Assembly (NCBI GenBank): GCA_030599585.1
Contig: JAUVNS010000005.1
Coordinates: forward strand, 279,121-343,120
Direction of reading: 5' to 3'
Length of the DNA stretch: 64,000 nt
From: Promethearchaeota archaeon
GTDB taxonomy: Archaea > Asgardarchaeota > Lokiarchaeia > Sigyniarchaeales > SOKP01
The position numbers were made by a program, and so were the translations under genes. Numbering within the stretch: the first letter of the stretch is position 1; every line of letters begins with the position of its first letter. Positions 59,106 through 64,000 of the stretch are shown piece after piece. Below the pieces are notes generated by a model, which did not search any database, had not been told where the DNA came from, and worked only from the letters and a program-made list of their open reading frames with translations.

Positions 59106-61112
59106 TTGTATCTTGATATGATCAAACATCATCGATACCTAGATTTTTTTCCTTACCCGATTTTTCGCAAAGACCAGGAGCAAATTATCGACCAAATAGA
59201 AACAAGCGCTCGGCAAGGTAAAAATATTTTGTTGGTTGCGCCAAACGGTACGGGAAAGACGGTAATGGCGTTGAGCGGGTTGTTGCCGTTGGCTCAAGAC
59301 AAAGGATTTAAAATTGTATACCTTTGCCGAACACACGCTCAATCTTCGAGGGTAATCCAAGAACTAATTAAAATCGAAAACTCTCTCTCTGGTACTGGTA
59401 AAACCGTTTCGGGTATTTCGATACGGGGACGAAATAATATGTGCTTAAACAACGTGCTTTTAAGGTTGAGGGCGAGTCCTTCCGAATCAATGGCGGTCTG
59501 TGCTGACCTTCGCAAAAACAACAACTGCGTTTATTATCGAAAGGTAAAAAAAATTAACGAGGGACTCAAAAAGTTCGATATGATTGAGTTCAACAGACCG
59601 GTGGACGCAGAAGAGTTAATAGAATATTGTAAAGAACACAAGTATTGCCCTTATTTTCTTACGAAGTATCTGTTAAAAGAAATGTCCGTGGTGGTGTGCA
59701 ATTACCAGTGGATTTTTAACCCCGATATTCGCTTTCGCTTTCTTAAATTATTAAACGTTAAGCTAAACAAGGTAATTCTTGTTATTGACGAGTGCCATAA
59801 CATCGTAGATGTAGCAACGAGCGTAAATTCTTATAAATTAACCCCGAGTGCGCTTACTACTTGTATAAAAGATATTCAAGCGCTTAAAATGCCGATTAAG
59901 TTTAGACAGTTTGCAAGTTACATAAAAAATCAACTCAACCAGAAAAAAAGAGATTTAAGCCAAGGGGAGATCGAAGTGCTTCCCGACGCCGTTTTGGATT
60001 CTATTCTCAAAAGGCTTAAGTTAAAGACGAAGGCAGAATTTAGGAAGTTTCTCAAAGAATTAAAAACTTCTTACGAAAGCTTCGACTCAAAAACTAAGGA
60101 AAAAGCGGGAACTTCTCGAACCCAAATACCGTATTTAGTGAAATTTTGGGTAAATTGGTTGGCCAAGTATTTATCAGAAAAATATTTTTTCTGTTACAGC
60201 GTAAAAACTTATAACAAGCGGAAATCCATCGCGTTAGAAATCGTGTCTTTAGATCCACGCGAGATAACTTTGTCACTGTTTAAAGGGAGCTACGCGTGTC
60301 TTAACCTAACGGGAACAGTGAACCCTTACGTGTTTAACAACTTGACAGGGCTGTTTTACAAGTTCAAAAATGGAAGCGACGACAAACTAAAGAGCGGAGT
60401 GAAGGGATATACCGAAATTCTAGCAGATTCCCCGTTCAAAAGTAGGAACGTAAGGGCGTTGATTACTAAAGGAATTAACACCAGTAGGGATAATAGGACC
60501 GTTGATACATATAAACGAATAATTGCTAGTATTTCTGAGGTTGTAAATAATACTCCCAGAAATGTTGGCGTGTTTTGTGCTTCCTACAAGATTCTCAATT
60601 CTCTTAGAATGCACGGAATTACGGCTGCTATTAAGAGTAAAAAGTTGTTCTTCGAACGGTCGAGTTTAACCGCCTCCGAGAACGCTCAACTGCTCAAAGA
60701 TTTTAAAGATCAATCTAAGAAAAACGGGGCGGTGCTGTTAGGAGTATGCGGTGGGCGTAATTCGGAAGGAGAAGACTATCCCGGCGATTATATGAACGCA
60801 GTAATAATTGTAGGGCTTCCGTATCACTTTCTTTCCGCTCAAGTAAAGGCAAAAATTATCTATTACGACAAAGTGTTTAGCAACCAAGGGTGGTTGTTTG
60901 CATACTTGTATCCCGCTATGCAAAGAGCAAACCAAGCCTCAGGGAGACCGATCAGAAAAGAGACCGATAAAGGTGCTATAATATTTATGGATGAGAGGTT
61001 TATAAAACGAGTGAACTGGATTTCTGACTGGGTAAGAAAAGAAATTGAGGTCGTGTCTAATTTAGAAAAACCAATGAAAGAATTTTGGAAGGTAAAAAGT
61101 TATGGAAAGTAA
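59106..61112 (+). CDS. XPD/Rad3/DinG family Fe-S DNA helicase
   Basis: FFPY..FR..Q, APNGTGKT, four-Cys Fe-S domain, IDECHN, SEGEDYPG, QASGRPIR. Confidence 0.92.
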   Translation: MYLDMIKHHRYLDFFPYPIFRKDQEQIIDQIETSARQGKNILLVAPNGTGKTVMALSGLLPLAQDKGFKIVYLCRTHAQSSRVIQELIKIENSLSGTGKTVSGISIRGRNNMCLNNVLLRLRASPSESMAVCADLRKNNNCVYYRKVKKINEGLKKFDMIEFNRPVDAEELIEYCKEHKYCPYFLTKYLLKEMSVVVCNYQWIFNPDIRFRFLKLLNVKLNKVILVIDECHNIVDVATSVNSYKLTPSALTTCIKDIQALKMPIKFRQFASYIKNQLNQKKRDLSQGEIEVLPDAVLDSILKRLKLKTKAEFRKFLKELKTSYESFDSKTKEKAGTSRTQIPYLVKFWVNWLAKYLSEKYFFCYSVKTYNKRKSIALEIVSLDPREITLSLFKGSYACLNLTGTVNPYVFNNLTGLFYKFKNGSDDKLKSGVKGYTEILADSPFKSRNVRALITKGINTSRDNRTVDTYKRIIASISEVVNNTPRNVGVFCASYKILNSLRMHGITAAIKSKKLFFERSSLTASENAQLLKDFKDQSKKNGAVLLGVCGGRNSEGEDYPGDYMNAVIIVGLPYHFLSAQVKAKIIYYDKVFSNQGWLFAYLYPAMQRANQASGRPIRKETDKGAIIFMDERFIKRVNWISDWVRKEIEVVSNLEKPMKEFWKVKSYGK

Positions 61113-61422
61113 AGAAATTGGCCAAAGTCTTTCGCTTTACATGTGGCAAGTAGGAAAAATTCTTACTGAGCTAATGATAGTGTCAAATTCGACAGATTCT
61201 CCTATTATCGTGCAGACTTTTCAAGCAGCAGGACAACTTTTCGATAAACTTGGAAGTTGCATATACGGATCGGCGGATTACGAAGAAATTTTTCCTAAAT
61301 TAAACAAATTCATAGGATCGTTAGATTACAACGCTGACAAGAATTTTGCTTCCGTTTTAGACTACGCACACGATTTTAGCAAGGATTTGCTGGTCTTCTT
61401 AGCAGAAAATAACTTAAAGTAA
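61102..61422 (+). CDS. Hypothetical helical protein
   Basis: Overlaps the helicase stop. Confidence 0.55.
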   Translation: MESKEIGQSLSLYMWQVGKILTELMIVSNSTDSPIIVQTFQAAGQLFDKLGSCIYGSADYEEIFPKLNKFIGSLDYNADKNFASVLDYAHDFSKDLLVFLAENNLK

Positions 61423-61683
61423 AATAGCGTACAATCGGTATGAAAGGTTTTTTACGAAATAAGGTTTACAATCTAAACTTGTTACGCTTAAAAGTTTAAA
61501 AAAGAGATAATGGCGTGCTACTAATCTGGCTATGTGAAAAGGTTTAAATACTCGAAAAAGAAATAGTAAGTGTAAGAAAAGATAAAATCTTAGCATTTTT
61601 TTCGCTCCTAATTTTACATTTTGAGAAGAAAAAAATTCCAATAAAAAAAAAGAAAGATTTACGATGGGGAAAAATTAAACTAT

Positions 61684-61800
61684 GACTCCTGTTGCCGCCC
61701 TGGATTTTTGTCTTTTGGTAGTGTGTAATCCACACTATATTTCGCCCTCCTCCCCCTATAATCTTTCTGACCTTCTTATTAGGTCTTGGCGACAGGAGCC
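61684..61800. ncRNA. Putative multi-stem structured RNA
   Basis: 11-bp closing stem CTCCTGTTGCC/GGCGACAGGAG enclosing hairpins TAGTGTG/CACACTA and GACCT/AGGTC in an AT-rich intergenic region. Confidence 0.4.
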
Positions 61801-61891
61801 AACCTTATGTTTTTTATCGCATCTGTCTTGTTACTTGATCAAGTAAACCATCAAAGAATTAATAATCACAATATAAAAAAGGTCTAAAACT

Positions 61892-62062
61892 ATGAGTGAA
61901 GAAAAGAAATTTACTCAAGAAGAATGGGAGCAAATAAAAAGAAAAGAACGCGTTAAAGACGCTTCAAAAGGAGTGACAAGAGGTCTTTTCAAATGTACTT
62001 GTTATATTATCTTAATTTCCGTAATTTTTTCGTTTGTATTTATATTTCTATTTACAGGGTGA
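61892..62062 (+). CDS. 56-aa tail-anchored small membrane protein (missed by ORF track)
   Basis: MSEEKKFTQEEWEQIKRKERVKDASKGVTRGLFKCTCYIILISVIFSFVFIFLFTG. Confidence 0.6.
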   Translation: MSEEKKFTQEEWEQIKRKERVKDASKGVTRGLFKCTCYIILISVIFSFVFIFLFTG

Positions 62063-62117
62063 AAATTTTCGCTTTTTCTTTAAGGTTTGATCTTGGCGTT
62101 TTAAGCCGTTTTTATCG

Positions 62118-62756
62118 GTGGGTACCAAAGGGGTACGGACCGAACAATGCGAAAAAAAGGATATTCTATTAATCTTTAACAACAAAGTATATTTTATCAA
62201 GAATTATCTTTTAAACACAATTACAGAAAAGTGGCGATTCCACGTGGTAAGCAAAAAGAGAATTTATGGCGATTATAGTTTGTTAGAAGAAAAAAGGAAG
62301 CGATATCGAAATCATCTTATCGTCTACTTACTTGTGTTTATACCTTGCGTATTAGCTTTAATCGGCTTTAACGTTCTTCTACTCTATGCGTCTACCAATT
62401 TTTTCTTAGCTCTTTTAGTTGCGGTGTTTGGACAGTATGTGTTTTTAATTAATTTTTTTTTGATTGTGTTTGATAGCCTTCTCGGTTTGTTCGTTATTCT
62501 TTCAACGAGAGGTTTTATATCCACTAAAAGAAAAATAAACCGATTTGAATACGCCTCACCCAGGACCGAAAACAAAATTTTACAGTTTCTAATTGATAAC
62601 AAAGAAGAATCGTTCAGTTCTGCCTCGATAAGCGATCAAATAAATTATCAAGGAATTTCAGAAGAATTTGAGGCCATACTTATCCATTTAGTAGAAGATC
62701 GCAAAATAAACAAGAGTTTAAAAGAAGAAGCACCGAATTACTCTATAAATCTGTAA
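62118..62756 (+). CDS. Membrane protein with C-terminal winged-helix-like domain
   Basis: Hydrophobic core; ENKILQFL...S.I...I...L..LVEDRKI; start uncertain. Confidence 0.55.
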   Translation: MGTKGVRTEQCEKKDILLIFNNKVYFIKNYLLNTITEKWRFHVVSKKRIYGDYSLLEEKRKRYRNHLIVYLLVFIPCVLALIGFNVLLLYASTNFFLALLVAVFGQYVFLINFFLIVFDSLLGLFVILSTRGFISTKRKINRFEYASPRTENKILQFLIDNKEESFSSASISDQINYQGISEEFEAILIHLVEDRKINKSLKEEAPNYSINL

Positions 62757-62767
62757 GAAATTACTTG

Positions 62768-63619
62768 TTAGGTCTCTAATTTCTTGGCGAAACGGATTAA
62801 GTGTCCAAACCCTCCAAAACTATCCTTAAAAAACTTAACAAGTTCAGCTTTTTCCATCTTTCTGTGTAGATTTCCGCTTGTCAACAACGAAACCAAGAAT
62901 TTTACGAAGTCGTCCCTTAACGGTACAAACTTGGTCTTAAATTGGGAAGTCATTCGAAAAATAACTGCCTCCTCCATGTAAGAATTAATAACGCTACCAA
63001 TTTTTTTATCTGCAACGAGCTGTTTTACCTTTTGAGCAATGTTCATGATAGAAGTAAAGCGAAATTGAGGGTCAAAATAGACGCAGAGGTAAAACCCGAA
63101 CTTGAAGACTCCCTTTGTAAATGCCCTCATCGACTCAAGAGAGGTGTTATCCGTTAAACTTTTGTTGAGATGATACAAACTGCGGATAAGAACGTTATCG
63201 TAGTCAAATTGTAGGCGAGTAACTTCAGGTAATCGGTTGCGAACGTTTCGACCGTAGAGAAGAACGGAATTTTCAGAAAGCTTTAGGTCGAGCAAGCTCC
63301 ACTCGTAGTTGGCAAACGATTCTTTTTTGAATTGATCTCGGTTTTGAAGGCCTTCGAGAGTGTTAAACCCTATCCAAATTTCTTTGTCCCCTATCCGCTT
63401 TTTTTCGTATCGTACTTCGGTCCAGTCTTGTTTTGTGATAGGCTCTAAAGAATCTACGATTGTGATCAAGTCCACGTCGTTCTTAACCCAGTTACCGGGG
63501 AGATTCTCGTCAAAGTAGCTTCCTATTCCGAACACGCTTACAACGTGCTTCGAAAATCGAGATTCGAGGTCAATTAAGACGTCTTTGATCAGAGGATCGT
63601 GGTTATATTTTTGATGCAA
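62768..63619 (-). CDS. Pol-beta superfamily nucleotidyltransferase-like protein
   Basis: FGIGS...NDVDL (GS..DxD) followed by a helical domain. Confidence 0.65.
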   Translation of the reverse strand: MHQKYNHDPLIKDVLIDLESRFSKHVVSVFGIGSYFDENLPGNWVKNDVDLITIVDSLEPITKQDWTEVRYEKKRIGDKEIWIGFNTLEGLQNRDQFKKESFANYEWSLLDLKLSENSVLLYGRNVRNRLPEVTRLQFDYDNVLIRSLYHLNKSLTDNTSLESMRAFTKGVFKFGFYLCVYFDPQFRFTSIMNIAQKVKQLVADKKIGSVINSYMEEAVIFRMTSQFKTKFVPLRDDFVKFLVSLLTSGNLHRKMEKAELVKFFKDSFGGFGHLIRFAKKLET

Positions 63620-63643
63620 GCCGAGAATATTACCTTCTTTTTT

Positions 63644-64000
63644 CTATTTTCTTTTTCTTTTTGCTATAAACTTATGTGATTTCAAAACCACAAAAATCCC
63701 GATAATTCCTATCAATATTAATGGTATAGAACCAGGAATTGCTGCTGGATCGTTGTACGTAAAGTGTATATATCCTCCAATCGAACCAGAATTCAATAGA
63801 GTTATAGTATATTTCCCCTCTTTTGTTGTTACATACACTCCGCTCCCACTCTCAGCAGTTATTAAATTTTCAAAATGACCATCAGGATCATCTATTCTCA
63901 CTAAAGCTTGAAAAGAGCTGTTATACGTCTCAAATTCCCAGTTGAGATTAAAATTTTCGGGTAAAGTCAAACTAAAGTTTGTCCACGCAAAAGGAGATAG
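63644..64000 (-). CDS. Partial surface protein with Loki-CTERM-like sorting signal
   Basis: Frame open to window edge; ends IPG + TM helix + KRKRK. Confidence 0.6.
   Translation of the reverse strand, partial: LSPFAWTNFSLTLPENFNLNWEFETYNSSFQALVRIDDPDGHFENLITAESGSGVYVTTKEGKYTITLLNSGSIGGYIHFTYNDPAAIPGSIPLILIGIIGIFVVLKSHKFIAKRKRK

Larger units (their letters stand above)
30575..64000. mobile_element. Large tRNA-integrated mobile element (ICE/provirus/plasmid-like); right end not seen
   Basis: Starts at the tRNA fragment; abrupt switch to small hypothetical ORFs, ArdC-like, PCNA, ParB-like, LigA, PNKP, MTases and repeat fields. Confidence 0.75.

Noticed and set aside
593-63157. Numerous short antisense/overlapping ORFs in the track
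   Set aside because: Lie opposite or inside well-supported genes and lack motifs

Overview
AT-rich archaeal DNA, most likely an Asgard archaeon (Lokiarchaeia/Promethearchaeota), judged from longin-like, LRR, Loki-type Zn-ribbon and Loki-CTERM-like proteins plus ftr and a methanogenesis-marker-9 protein. Bases 1-30,570 are host chromosome: an unusual ABC-2 export operon, acyl-CoA and FAD/Fe-S metabolism genes, ftr, Hsp20 and a DHH protein. At 30,575-30,608 (minus strand) lies an orphan 3' half of a tRNA, probably His, interpreted as the att junction of a large integrated mobile element that appears to run to or past the right edge; no integrase or second att copy is visible. The element carries an ArdC-like protein, its own PCNA next to a ~0.7 kb field of helically phased repeats (origin- or centromere-like), a putative nucleic-acid modification cluster (MTase, DUF2400-like HhH/Fe-S, DUF5591-like, DUF6884-like), NAD-dependent ligase, PNKP, an XPD-like helicase, two TFB-like paralogs, a ParB-like protein and an mTERF-repeat protein. 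It also has several non-coding structures: two 130-bp-period hairpin units rich in cGNAg triloops, a duplicated promoter plus small-RNA cassette, and a multi-stem element. All family assignments are by eye from motifs; no database search was run.
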